Origin: Thermotogota bacterium
GTDB taxonomy: Bacteria > Thermotogota > Thermotogae > Petrotogales > Kosmotogaceae
DNA length: 37,330 nucleotides
Direction: 5' to 3'
NCBI GenBank assembly: GCA_034660555.1
Contig: JAYEJL010000051.1
Coordinates: 23,289-60,618 of the forward strand
The position numbers were made by a program, and so were the translations under genes. Below are positions 19,867-29,680 of this stretch, piece by piece. Under the pieces are notes generated by a model. That model saw only the letters and a list, made by a program, of their open reading frames with translations. It was not told the DNA's origin and did not search any database. Numbering within the stretch: position 1 is the first letter of the stretch; every line of letters begins with the position of its first letter.

Positions 19867-20103
19867 TTAGTCTACCTTAGGCAGCAATATCCTTAACATC
19901 TCTTCGTTTCTTATTCTTATTACGCCTTCCTCGAGTTCTTTCAACGCAATGCTGACACGATCTCCAAGATCTTTTACCACAGTCTGATCGATTTTAGGCC
20001 TTCCAAAATCTTCCAGTTCTTCCGCTCTCCTTGATGCTGCTATTGGTATCGCATACTTATGTTTTATCCTTTTGAGCAGCTTATCATAGTTAATTATCAT
20101 CAT
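19867..20103 (-). CDS. rpoZ: RNA polymerase omega subunit
   Basis: KY......SRRA and VSIALKEL..G; conserved position between gmk and coaBC. Confidence 0.88.
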   Translation of the reverse strand: MMIINYDKLLKRIKHKYAIPIAASRRAEELEDFGRPKIDQTVVKDLGDRVSIALKELEEGVIRIRNEEMLRILLPKVD

Positions 20104-20113
20104 AACTTATTCC

Positions 20114-20728
20114 TCACTCCTCTTCTATACTCATTTCTTCTATTCCCAGTCTGTCTTTCACTCTATCTGTTTTTAATTGCTCAGCAATTATTATCGATTC
20201 TATACTTTTCGAGGCCTGTTGTATACTCTTATTTACAACAACATAATGAAAATCCGAAAGATGTGATAATTCCCATTTTGCATCACTTAATCTTCTTGAT
20301 ATGTCTTCATTTTTTTCGGTTCCTCTTTTTATCAATCTTTCTTTTAAAACTTCAAATGAAGGTGGTGAAATAAATATCGATACTATATCATCAATCTTCT
20401 TCAGCACATTCAGTCCTCCTTGAACATCAATATCAAGGATAACACTTATTCCATTTTCAACCTTCCCTTTTACAAAACTCGAAGATGTGCCGTACATATA
20501 ACCATGAACCTCTGCCCATTCAAGCAGTTCTCCTGTTTTAACCATTTCTTTGAACTTTTCGTCAGAAACAAAGTAGTAGTCTGTACCTTCCTTTTCGCCT
20601 TTTCTTTTTGGTCTGGTTGTATATGACACGGAAAAAGTAAAATCTTCGAATTTTTCCAGTACCTTTTTTATTATTGACGTTTTACCCACACCTGATGGTC
20701 CGGTTATTATAAAGGGGATTCCATTCAT
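20114..20728 (-). CDS. gmk: Guanylate kinase
   Basis: [35 protein letters not shown] and LDIDVQG. Confidence 0.97.
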   Translation of the reverse strand: MNGIPFIITGPSGVGKTSIIKKVLEKFEDFTFSVSYTTRPKRKGEKEGTDYYFVSDEKFKEMVKTGELLEWAEVHGYMYGTSSSFVKGKVENGISVILDIDVQGGLNVLKKIDDIVSIFISPPSFEVLKERLIKRGTEKNEDISRRLSDAKWELSHLSDFHYVVVNKSIQQASKSIESIIIAEQLKTDRVKDRLGIEEMSIEEE

Positions 20729-21024
20729 TTAGCTGCGTTTCTCCCGGCTTCTCGAATTTCTTCAATCAACTTTTCTATGTCTGTAAAGGTCTGCATGAAC
20801 CTTGAAGCTATTGTTTCAGGCTGAATGGCACTGAGTATTATATGATTACTGTCAGTTATGACAATAGCCCTGGTCTTTCTTCCATATGTGGCATCAATAA
20901 GTTTACCTTCTTCTTTAGCCACTTCTTTTAATCTTTTTAATGGAGCAGATTCAGGATTAACTATAGCAATTACCCTGTCACCAATGATTACATTTCCAAA
21001 GCCTACATTGATTAAGCCATACAA
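20725..21024 (-). CDS. remA: RemA/DUF370-family protein
   Basis: LINVGFGN..., [19 protein letters not shown] and [14 protein letters not shown] start after GGAGGTG; lies between yicC and gmk. Confidence 0.9.
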   Translation of the reverse strand: MYGLINVGFGNVIIGDRVIAIVNPESAPLKRLKEVAKEEGKLIDATYGRKTRAIVITDSNHIILSAIQPETIASRFMQTFTDIEKLIEEIREAGRNAAK

Positions 21025-21037
21025 TTCAGGACACCTC

Positions 21038-21910
21038 CTATTCCACGTTTTGTACCTGTTCTCTTAGTTTGTTAACAAGTGTTCTTCCCTCTACACTCAG
21101 TGAAGATATCTCCATTTTCTTCGATTTCGCTGCGATGGTCGATAATTCTCTATGCATCTCCTGACATAAGAAATCAAGTCTAAGTCCAACTTCATTTCCA
21201 TCATCCAGTATTTCCGAAAACGAATCTATATGCGATTTCAATCTTACAATCTCTTCACTAATGTCAGCCTTCTCAGCGAGCAGGGCAACTTCCTGTTCAA
21301 GCCTTTCTGTATCGAGCTCATGTTCTACAAGATCTGATATCCTTTGTGAAATCAAATTCCTATAGTAATCCACGAAATCACTGGAAGCTTTGTCCAGCTC
21401 ATTTGCGACTTCATTGAGTTTCTCAAGGTAATCCTTCATAACCTTATATAATTTCTGGCCTTCATTTTTCCTGTCTTCATTTAGATTGTCTATGGCTTTC
21501 TGCAGCGCTTCTTCCAGGCAGCCCCATATCTTTTCATTAAGTTCACTTGAAACCTGATACTTCATTATGTCCTTCATTCCGGACATTACTCCTAGAGTCA
21601 CCCTATCTGGAATCTTAAATTCATCAGCTATTGTCTTTAAAGCATTGTAATAAGCTCCTGCTAATCCTAGATCGACCTGTATGAGATCGGTTTTCTTTAA
21701 AAAAACAACATCTATAAATACTTTTATTGAGCCACGCTTCAATCTCTCTCTTAAAAACCTTGAAGTTTTGACCTCTATTTCAGAAAAACCACCGGGTACA
21801 TTTGCATCAATCTTTAGATATTTTGAATTCACGCTTTTTATTTCAATGGTGCAGTGTATATCGTTTTTCTCGTTTTCAGCCTTTGCAAACCCTGTCATGC
21901 TTGTAAGCAT
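21038..21910 (-). CDS. YicC/YloC-family endoribonuclease
   Basis: SMTGF, EIKSVN..YL, DISEE..RL.SH, G.RLDFL.QEM.RE..T..K and REQVQNVE. The start is moved to ATG 21910, 6 nt after GAGGTG. Confidence 0.93.
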   Translation of the reverse strand: MLTSMTGFAKAENEKNDIHCTIEIKSVNSKYLKIDANVPGGFSEIEVKTSRFLRERLKRGSIKVFIDVVFLKKTDLIQVDLGLAGAYYNALKTIADEFKIPDRVTLGVMSGMKDIMKYQVSSELNEKIWGCLEEALQKAIDNLNEDRKNEGQKLYKVMKDYLEKLNEVANELDKASSDFVDYYRNLISQRISDLVEHELDTERLEQEVALLAEKADISEEIVRLKSHIDSFSEILDDGNEVGLRLDFLCQEMHRELSTIAAKSKKMEISSLSVEGRTLVNKLREQVQNVE

Positions 21911-21968
21911 ATCATTCACCTCAGAAAACCCATTATGGTTGATTATATTCAATTATAACCAATAAAAG

Positions 21969-23096
21969 CTAAAAATTCAAAAATGAAACGACATTTCTCA
22001 ATATTTCTATAAATTCATCAATTTCTTCACTCGTTGTATATCTCGACATACTTATCCGAAAAGATCCGGAAATCGCTTCATCGCTGATGTTCATCGCTTT
22101 AAGAACATAATCACCTTCACCATCCAGTGTTGAACACGCAGAAGAGATACCAACATATACACCCTGTTCAGATAATGCATTCACAATAACTTCTCCCTTA
22201 ATTCCGGTGAATGATGCGTTAATCGTATTGACAACTGTTTTTTCCGGTGAGCCATTCACCATTCCACCCTGTGATTCAATCTCTTCGATTATTCTTATCT
22301 TATAATCGTTAACTCTTTGATTAACATCATTAAGTGATTCAAATGATTTTTGCAGCGCAAGGGCAATTCCTGCAATCCCCGGAACATTTTGGGTACCTGA
22401 TCTCATTCCGCGTTCCTGACCACCACCTGTAACCACTGGTCTAATGGGAATGCCTTTTTTGGCATACAGCAACCCAACTCCTTTAGGGCCATGGAACTTG
22501 TGCCCACTAAATGATGCGAAATCACAGCGTGCCCTATCGAAGTTAAAATCCAGCTTGCCTATTGCTTGAACAGCGTCTATGTGAAAAAGTATCTCTTTGT
22601 TTTCTAAATACTTACCAATCTCTTCATAGGTTTGAATTACTCCAGTTATGTTGTTTACAGCCATCAATGAAACAAAGAATGTATCTTCGTCGATCTCTTC
22701 AATTAATTTTTCAGAACTTACCACGCCATTATTGTCAGGTTTTACTGTTACTATTTCTATATTATAAAGATTCTTCAAATCCCTCAAGGTATCAAGAACA
22801 GCCTTGTGTTCTATGCCTGTTGTCACCACTTTATTTTTTCCTTTTCTATGAAAAACAGAAGATCTTAGTACCCAGTTAATTGATTCAGTTGCGCTGGAGG
22901 TAAAATAAATTTCTTCCGGTTTTGACTTTAAAAGTTCAGCTATTTTCTTTCTTGCATCCTCCATTACATTTTCCGCTTTAATTCCCATATAGTGAACGGC
23001 ATTAGGATTTCCGTATTCTTTACTGTGAAAGAAGTTCATTCTTTCTAAAACATTGCGATCAACCTTTGTAGTGGCATTGTTATCAAGATATATCAT
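21969..23096 (-). CDS. Cysteine desulfurase (IscS/NifS type, PLP-dependent)
   Basis: IYLDNNATT, YGNP, IEHKAV, HIDAVQ, SGHKFHGPKG, GGGQERG.RSGT and catalytic SAC. Confidence 0.93.
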   Translation of the reverse strand: MIYLDNNATTKVDRNVLERMNFFHSKEYGNPNAVHYMGIKAENVMEDARKKIAELLKSKPEEIYFTSSATESINWVLRSSVFHRKGKNKVVTTGIEHKAVLDTLRDLKNLYNIEIVTVKPDNNGVVSSEKLIEEIDEDTFFVSLMAVNNITGVIQTYEEIGKYLENKEILFHIDAVQAIGKLDFNFDRARCDFASFSGHKFHGPKGVGLLYAKKGIPIRPVVTGGGQERGMRSGTQNVPGIAGIALALQKSFESLNDVNQRVNDYKIRIIEEIESQGGMVNGSPEKTVVNTINASFTGIKGEVIVNALSEQGVYVGISSACSTLDGEGDYVLKAMNISDEAISGSFRISMSRYTTSEEIDEFIEILRNVVSFLNF

Positions 23097-25102
23097 TGAT
23101 CAACGCCTCCAATCAGGTCATAAAATTCGTCTTCTTCAATGATCTTTACTCCCAATTCCTTTGCTCTATCATATTTTGATCCAGGATCTTCACCCTTAAC
23201 CAGCAAATCAGTATTTTTTGAAACCGACGATGTTACATCAGCACCCATTGCGGTTAATAACTCCGTAGCTTCCTTTCTCGAAAGTTTTTCAAGTTTTCCT
23301 GTTAGTACTACTGTTATGCCTTTCAAGTTCGTTTCTACCTTTTCAACTTCTTCTGTTGTGTTAACCTCTTCTTCGAACACCTGAATCTCTTTTTTTATGT
23401 GATCCTTGCTGAAAAATTCGCTTATCTTTTTTGCAAGATCAGAACCGACTCCAGGTATCTCTTCCAGATCATCCCTGGCCGCTTTTTTCAGGTTTTCTAG
23501 CGACTTAAAATATCTCGCTAGATCCATAGCAAGTTTGCTTCCTACGCCTGGAATACCCAGCCCTACCAATAATTTATGGAGAGGATTGTTTCTGCTTTTA
23601 TCGATTTCTTTGAAAAAGTTTTCAACTGTTTTCTCACCTATACCTTCACCCAATTTCCTTAGATCTTCCGGTGACATTTTATAAAGATCCGATGGTTTGT
23701 CAATGATGTCTTCATTAACGAGCCTTTCAACCATTTTCTCTCCAACCCCACTGATATCCATTGCATCTCTTGAAACAAAATGCCGTATCCGCCTTTTTAC
23801 TTTTGCCGGACACACAGAATTCATACATTTAAATGCAACTTCATCTTCTTTTTCTTTCCCCACATCGTCTCCACAAACCGGACACTTTTCTGGAGGTTCG
23901 ATTTTCTTTTCAGAACCATCGCGCTCTTCTTTTATAGATTTAATAACCTGTGGAATTATTTCGCCTGCCTTTTCAACAAGAACTACGTCACCTTCTCTTA
24001 TGTCCCTTTCTTCAACATAATCAAAGTTATGTAGGGTTGCTCTTCTAACTGTGGTTCCAGATAGTTGTACTGGATCAAGCTCGGCGACAGGCGTTATAGT
24101 TCCGGTACGACCTACCTGGAAATTGACTTTCTTGAGTTTGGTTCTTGCCTGTTCTGCAGGAAACTTATATGCAATAGCCCAGCAAGGATTTTTAGCTGTG
24201 TATCCCAATTTATCCTGATGCGCTATTTTGTTAACCTTTATTACAACTCCGTCAACATCGTAATTCAGATCATTCTTTTTACTTTGCCAGTTGTCTGCAT
24301 ATTCAATAATTCCATCAACATTCCTGACTTTTTCGGCATTTGGTTCTGTCTTAAAACCAAGCTCTCCGAGAAATTCAAGCACATCTACCTGGGTTTCAAG
24401 ATCATATTCCAGCGGGAAAACTATCTGATAAAAAAACGCATCGAGGTTTCTTTTGGCTACTTTTCTTGGATCAAGCTGCCTTAGTGTACCAGAAGCAGCA
24501 TTTCTTGGATTTGCAAATAGATTGGATCCATTTTTCTGTCGTTCATCATTTATTTTATTGAATTCATCCCTTGGGAGGCAAACTTCTCCGCGAACTTCAA
24601 TTGATATATCTTTGAAAAGTCTTAGTGGTATGGTTTTTATAGTCTTGATGTTCTCGGTTACATCTTCTCCTACATAACCATCTCCTCTTGTCGCACCTGT
24701 TACAAGACTTCCGTTTTCATAGGTCAAAGATATGGATAAACCATCGATTTTCAGTTCGCACACATATTCTATATCAGCTACTCCAAGATTCTTTTTTACT
24801 CTCTTATCGAACGCCTGAACCTCTTTATCAGAATATGTATTGTCCAGACTGTACAGTCGATATCTGTGTCTTACCTCTTCAAATCCTTCCTGTGGTTTGT
24901 TCCCTACCCTCTGTGTAGGGGAATCGGGGGTAACAATCTTGGGGTACTTCTCTTCATATGATTTCAGTTCATCCATCAAGCTATCGTATTCCCTATCAGT
25001 AATAACCGGGTCATTTTTTATATAATATCTGTAATTGTGATATCTGATTTTCTCTCTCAATTCCTCAACCTTTTTCTTTACGTCTTCAGGAATACTTGCC
25101 AT
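23093..25102 (-). CDS. ligA: NAD+-dependent DNA ligase
   Basis: HNYRYY, PDSPTQRVG, KIDG, RGE, DGVVIK, QVGRTG, zinc finger, HhH repeats and C-terminal BRCT (VLTGKL...SVSKNTD). Confidence 0.98.
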   Translation of the reverse strand: MASIPEDVKKKVEELREKIRYHNYRYYIKNDPVITDREYDSLMDELKSYEEKYPKIVTPDSPTQRVGNKPQEGFEEVRHRYRLYSLDNTYSDKEVQAFDKRVKKNLGVADIEYVCELKIDGLSISLTYENGSLVTGATRGDGYVGEDVTENIKTIKTIPLRLFKDISIEVRGEVCLPRDEFNKINDERQKNGSNLFANPRNAASGTLRQLDPRKVAKRNLDAFFYQIVFPLEYDLETQVDVLEFLGELGFKTEPNAEKVRNVDGIIEYADNWQSKKNDLNYDVDGVVIKVNKIAHQDKLGYTAKNPCWAIAYKFPAEQARTKLKKVNFQVGRTGTITPVAELDPVQLSGTTVRRATLHNFDYVEERDIREGDVVLVEKAGEIIPQVIKSIKEERDGSEKKIEPPEKCPVCGDDVGKEKEDEVAFKCMNSVCPAKVKRRIRHFVSRDAMDISGVGEKMVERLVNEDIIDKPSDLYKMSPEDLRKLGEGIGEKTVENFFKEIDKSRNNPLHKLLVGLGIPGVGSKLAMDLARYFKSLENLKKAARDDLEEIPGVGSDLAKKISEFFSKDHIKKEIQVFEEEVNTTEEVEKVETNLKGITVVLTGKLEKLSRKEATELLTAMGADVTSSVSKNTDLLVKGEDPGSKYDRAKELGVKIIEEDEFYDLIGGVDQ

Positions 25103-25103
25103 A

Positions 25104-25457
25104 CTAATCTTCCCCCTTCAACATAACAACTACTGCCACGGCATAATCATGTTCATGCGAGATACTCACACTAATTTCTGAAATATTAACCATGTTCTTT
25201 AAGGTATCATCTGGTATAGGGCATCCAGCTTCATCATTGATAAACTGAATACTTTTGAAATCCAGTTCCTTCATATTTGAGGCCTTCACAAAGGCTTCTT
25301 TTGCAGCAAATCTACCTGCAGCAAATTCTCTCTTCCTTGACTCATTTAAAAAGGTGTTATAAATACTGGCTTCTTTATCGCCAAGAATTCTTCCAGCCAG
25401 TTCATCTGTTACTCTGTCTACTTTAACTATATCAATCCCGCATGATAATTTATTCAT
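25104..25457 (-). CDS. acpS: Holo-[acyl-carrier-protein] synthase
   Basis: GIDIV, AGRFAAKEAFVKA and SISHE..YAVAVV. Confidence 0.93.
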   Translation of the reverse strand: MNKLSCGIDIVKVDRVTDELAGRILGDKEASIYNTFLNESRKREFAAGRFAAKEAFVKASNMKELDFKSIQFINDEAGCPIPDDTLKNMVNISEISVSISHEHDYAVAVVVMLKGED

Positions 25458-25459
25458 CG

Positions 25460-27784
25460 CTAAACCTCAATTACAGTTACTCCATGTCCGCCTTCCCTGG
25501 GTGTTCCTATTCTAAAGCTCTTTATCTTATTTTGGTTTCTTACATAATCCCACACTGCCGACGCAAGTCTTCCCGTACCCTTTCCATGTATTATATAGCC
25601 TTTTTTGTGATTTCCAGTTTTTAGTCCCTTTATGAAATCATCCAGAAGAAATGGAATATCGTCAACTACACTTCCTCTTATATCAATCTCATTGGTCGTT
25701 GAAGTTTTTGATGTGTTTATGTAACTATCTTCCCTGGATATTTCTTTCTTTTCATTTTTGCCAGAAAGCTTCATCAGATTTTCCGGAGCGAGTTTTACAG
25801 TAATTTTGCCCGCTTTTATTACAAAATTCTCGCCTTCTATTGACGTTACCTCGCCTGTCAATCCTGTATCTCTGTCTTTGACAGTATCACCTACTTTTAT
25901 TTTCTCATTACCATTATCTTTTATCTCGGGTTTTATAGGTACTTCCTTTATCTTCTTTTTCACATCTTGCAGGAGTTTTACCGCTTTAATCTTGTCTTCT
26001 TCCTTTTCCGAACGAGAAAGATTGATGGCATTTTCCACTTCCTTCAATAGCCCATCTACACGTTCTTCAAGATCAGATAGTTCTTCGCTAACTTCTTTAT
26101 AACGCTTGTTTTTAAGTGCATCGAGTTTCTCTTCAAATTTATTTTTGAGCGAGGACAGTTCCTTTTTTTCACCCTCGGCATCTCTTTTTATCTGTTCTAC
26201 CCTTGACTTCTCTTCATTGAGTTTTCCTATGGCTGCCTCAAAATCCATGGCTTCAGTCGCAAGATATTTTTCCGCTTTTTCCAGTATTTCTTCTGACAGG
26301 CCCAATCTCTTCGATATTTTAATAGCATTAGAACTTCCAGGAACGCCCATTATCAAATGATATGTAGGTTTTAATGTTCTCACATCGAATTCTACGCTAG
26401 CATTCATGATGTCTTCTCTTTCAATTGCGTGAAGCTTTATTGGAGAAAGATGGGTAGTCACAACTGATTTAGCTCCTATGTCTATCAGACTGTCTATAAT
26501 AGCCATGGACAAACCCGAACCTTCTATAGGATCCGTTCCTGCTCCCAGCTCATCAAGCAGCACCAGAGAATGCTCATCCGCTTCTTTGACAATACGCACA
26601 ATTCTACCCATATGCGATGAAAAGGTACTCAAACTCTGCTCTATTGATTGTTCATCTCCAATATCCGCAAACAATTTATTAAACTTCTTTATTTTTGAGT
26701 CACTTCTTGCCAGCACAGGAAGTCCTGAAAGCGAAAGCAGGACAGCAAGTCCTACTGTTTTCAACGCAACAGTTTTTCCTCCGGTATTAGGGCCGGTAAT
26801 AACTACCGAGTTGATTTTCTCGGGCAGCTCAAAATTTATTGGTACTACATCGTCTTCGTTAATCAGTGGGTGTCGAGCTTCCCTTAACGAAAGACTTGTT
26901 TTTTCCCCTGGAAAAATAAACGACGCATTCTTTTTCATAGAATATCGTGCGCTAGCATACATGAAGTCAATTTCAGAGAATAGTTCAATATTTTGCTCAA
27001 TCCCATGAAGATTCTCCTTAAAAACCTCTGTCAGCTTTCTGAGTATTCTGTTTACCTCTTCTCTTTCTTGCGACCTCAGCAACCTGAGTTCATTGTTGAG
27101 GGATACCAGTTCTTTTGGTTCAAAATAAACAGTCATGCCTGTTGATGAAGCACCATGCAAAATGCCTTCATACATATTTTTCTTGGATGCCTGTAGGGGA
27201 ATAACATATCTTCCCTCACGGGTCAGGACAAGGTTCTCAGATAAACTTTCTTTGTATTTTGATAGTATATTGTCCATCTTTTGTCTCAAAGAGTGGGTAA
27301 GCTTTTTAAGGTTCCCACGTATTTTTTTCAAATCGGGACTGGCTTTGTCAAGAACTTCCCCCTCTTCTCCTATGCATCTGTCAATCTTTTTGACGAGGGA
27401 TTTCATTTCGTAAAAGCCCTTTGCTATGTCCCAGACTGAAGGGTACTCCTCTGACACCTTGTTTAAAAACTCCTTAAGACTGGATAGAGAATCAAGGGTT
27501 CTTGAGATCTTCTTCAATTCCTTGCCTTCAAGCACGTAGGATCGTTCGATTTTTTCGATAAAGCCTGTAATATCATGAATACCACCCAGTGGGATGTCCC
27601 CATGAGCGTACAACAAATTTCTCATCTGTCTTGATCGTTCCAATCTATCTTCTGGCTCTTCTAACGGTTTTGATTCTCGAATTAAACGCATTCCATAGTC
27701 AGTCGAAGTAAATGAAGCAATTCTATCGAGGATTTTTCTGAATTCAAGAAGCCTCAGTGTGTCACCATGGATGTTCAAGTACAT
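25460..27784 (-). CDS. mutS2: Endonuclease MutS2
   Basis: ARHPLI, ITGPNTGGKT, DIGDEQSIEQSLSTFSSH, LDELGAGTDP.EG, coiled coil, KOW and C-terminal Smr (IHGKGTG). Confidence 0.97.
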   Translation of the reverse strand: MYLNIHGDTLRLLEFRKILDRIASFTSTDYGMRLIRESKPLEEPEDRLERSRQMRNLLYAHGDIPLGGIHDITGFIEKIERSYVLEGKELKKISRTLDSLSSLKEFLNKVSEEYPSVWDIAKGFYEMKSLVKKIDRCIGEEGEVLDKASPDLKKIRGNLKKLTHSLRQKMDNILSKYKESLSENLVLTREGRYVIPLQASKKNMYEGILHGASSTGMTVYFEPKELVSLNNELRLLRSQEREEVNRILRKLTEVFKENLHGIEQNIELFSEIDFMYASARYSMKKNASFIFPGEKTSLSLREARHPLINEDDVVPINFELPEKINSVVITGPNTGGKTVALKTVGLAVLLSLSGLPVLARSDSKIKKFNKLFADIGDEQSIEQSLSTFSSHMGRIVRIVKEADEHSLVLLDELGAGTDPIEGSGLSMAIIDSLIDIGAKSVVTTHLSPIKLHAIEREDIMNASVEFDVRTLKPTYHLIMGVPGSSNAIKISKRLGLSEEILEKAEKYLATEAMDFEAAIGKLNEEKSRVEQIKRDAEGEKKELSSLKNKFEEKLDALKNKRYKEVSEELSDLEERVDGLLKEVENAINLSRSEKEEDKIKAVKLLQDVKKKIKEVPIKPEIKDNGNEKIKVGDTVKDRDTGLTGEVTSIEGENFVIKAGKITVKLAPENLMKLSGKNEKKEISREDSYINTSKTSTTNEIDIRGSVVDDIPFLLDDFIKGLKTGNHKKGYIIHGKGTGRLASAVWDYVRNQNKIKSFRIGTPREGGHGVTVIEV

Positions 27785-28199
27785 CTGAATAATTCACCTT
27801 TCTAACCACCGTTGGCATAATTTTTTCGCGATTCTTTTTATCATAACGATATATCATAAAATAAGTTATACCCAGCCCGGTAAATGACATTAAAAGAGAA
27901 TAATTATCAGGTGCCCCTGCATAATGCATAATAACCAGTATACCTATAAATACAGCTAAAGGTATTCCATAAAGAAGCATGGCTACTTTTGTCGCTGAAA
28001 AATTCTTTACTTCTATCTCTACCAGATCTCCCGGTTTCAACTCAATGTCGCCTTTTCTCGCTTTTATTCTTATCTCTCTTGATCCGCTCGCTGAACTACA
28101 TGTTCCTTTAACCGGGCAAGCTTTGCACGCCTCAGATCTGATTTTCGTAAGTATCGCTATATCATCTTTTACACTAACTACCGTCGCTGTTTCTCGCAT
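27762..28199 (-). CDS. RseC/MucC-family membrane protein
   Basis: M.E.A.VV, R..ACKAC.....C, GDLVEI and LLYGIPL plus two TM helices. Confidence 0.85.
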   Translation of the reverse strand: MRETATVVSVKDDIAILTKIRSEACKACPVKGTCSSASGSREIRIKARKGDIELKPGDLVEIEVKNFSATKVAMLLYGIPLAVFIGILVIMHYAGAPDNYSLLMSFTGLGITYFMIYRYDKKNREKIMPTVVRKVNYSDVLEHPW

Positions 28200-28208
28200 A
28201 ACATCACC

Positions 28209-28715
28209 CTAAAATGTGTATCCCAGTTCAAGATTTACTTCCCAGGAAGAAGTAACCTCTCCATCAAAAAAGTTGCCAATCTCTATCCCGGTTCCCAGAC
28301 TCACATAAACCGCCTGTAACCTTAAATACAGTTCCGGAAATAAACCAAGATACCAGCCAAATTGTTTAAATCCAGCTGACATTAACCCCGTTCTATTGCC
28401 AACTTTGTAACCAAACACTCCATCAGGATTGGAATCAAATACTGTTCCATAATAAATTTTTGCCATTACTGGCAATCCCATTTCATCAAAGAAATTACTG
28501 GAACGATTCTCAATATATGAAAAAGAAAGCCCATATTCGTTGAGTAACTTAACTGTCGGAGCTGAATAATATTTTATCGTCCCTCCATCACATGCTATAT
28601 ATTCAAGTCCTTCGTACTTGAAAAAATCTGAATGAAAAATCTCCAGAGACAATGTGTTACCAAAAAAAAGAACCGGTATTACCAGAAATAACGTCAACAG
28701 CCCGATAAACTTCAT
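28209..28715 (-). CDS. Hypothetical exported protein, possibly a small outer-membrane (toga) beta-barrel
   Basis: N-terminal signal-peptide-like MKF plus hydrophobic stretch, Gly/aromatic-rich amphipathic strands, C-terminus ..VNLELGYTF; strong SD GGAGGTG. Confidence 0.6.
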   Translation of the reverse strand: MKFIGLLTLFLVIPVLFFGNTLSLEIFHSDFFKYEGLEYIACDGGTIKYYSAPTVKLLNEYGLSFSYIENRSSNFFDEMGLPVMAKIYYGTVFDSNPDGVFGYKVGNRTGLMSAGFKQFGWYLGLFPELYLRLQAVYVSLGTGIEIGNFFDGEVTSSWEVNLELGYTF

Positions 28716-28729
28716 TAAAGCACCTCCAC

Positions 28730-28742
28730 GAAAATTATATCA
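28730..28742 (-). promoter_or_regulatory. Putative extended -10 promoter for the 28715-to-21969 gene string
   Basis: Minus strand TGATATAATTTTC directly before the SD; an identical 13-mer occurs at 6196-6208. Confidence 0.55.
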
Positions 28743-28846
28743 TGCTATGGAGATTTAATCTGCAACATAAATTACGGGCATTAAACCCGATTTACAAGTA
28801 GACAGGTTATTTATAGAAGTAAATGAATCATTAAAATATAGTATTG

Positions 28847-29680
28847 CTACTTTGCAAACGCTGAAAGATACCCAACCGTATGAAATCTGTCGCCTGAAGC
28901 TTCAGCGCTGGTTGTATGCTTTAAAATTTCAATTTCATCAAAAAGACTTATAACTACCGCTATGGGACCAAGTCCGCAGGCTGTTATCCGATTTTTTCTG
29001 GCAGTAGAATAAAGATTATCAACATTTCTTTCTTTTATCTCTTCTATCAACAGCTCTCCTTTTTTCATCGTTGTTTCGTGATCTTCGTAGTGATTCAAAT
29101 CCGATGAAGCGATGATAAGTGTTCCCGGTTCCTTCACTACAAAGGAAAGGATTTTAACAATCCTTTCTACTGCAACTTTGCTCTGGTTGGTCATCACTAT
29201 GGGTACAATGGTAAAATCATTGCCAAAACAATACTGGAGGAATGGTAACTGTACTTCCAGACAGTGCTCATATAAATGAGCTGTTGTGTCACCTGTAAGT
29301 GTTTCCCTTGAACCTTCAATAATTTCGTCTGCCAGTTGTTCGTCCACCTTGACATCTCCAAGAGGTGTGTTCCATTCTCCTTCCGGCCAGACGGACAATT
29401 CACTACCGTATCCACTGTGATTTGGACCCAGCATAACCACACGCTTTGGCTTCCCATAATTGCACAAATAATGAAAACCATGAGCGGCAACCGGACCGCT
29501 GAACATATATCCCGCATGAGGGGATATCAATCCCAAACTTCTTTTCAATTCATTTATTTGATCTCTATTCGGCAACTCACCCGGTCCTATTTTACTTTTA
29601 AAACACGACTCAATTTGAGATATCAACTCATCCTTCGTTCCCGCGTAAAACTTGCTTGCAAAGACCGCTGAACGTCTCAA
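28847..29680 (-). CDS. AmmeMemoRadiSam system protein B (MEMO1 family)
   Basis: R...FA..FY, PHAGY.FSG, LGPNH, W.TPLG, EH.LEVQLPFLQ, ASSDLNHY, ACG.GP and VGY; TTG start overlapping the secretin stop (TTGA). Confidence 0.92.
   Translation of the reverse strand: MRRSAVFASKFYAGTKDELISQIESCFKSKIGPGELPNRDQINELKRSLGLISPHAGYMFSGPVAAHGFHYLCNYGKPKRVVMLGPNHSGYGSELSVWPEGEWNTPLGDVKVDEQLADEIIEGSRETLTGDTTAHLYEHCLEVQLPFLQYCFGNDFTIVPIVMTNQSKVAVERIVKILSFVVKEPGTLIIASSDLNHYEDHETTMKKGELLIEEIKERNVDNLYSTARKNRITACGLGPIAVVISLFDEIEILKHTTSAEASGDRFHTVGYLSAFAK

Noticed and set aside
21915..21965. Two TATAAT boxes upstream of yicC
   Set aside because: Plausible promoter, but no convincing -35 or exact TGn extension, so not called.
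28768..28795. Weak hairpin CGGG/CCCG downstream of the MEMO1 gene as a terminator
   Set aside because: Only a 4-bp GC core with a bulged AT extension and no clean U tract.
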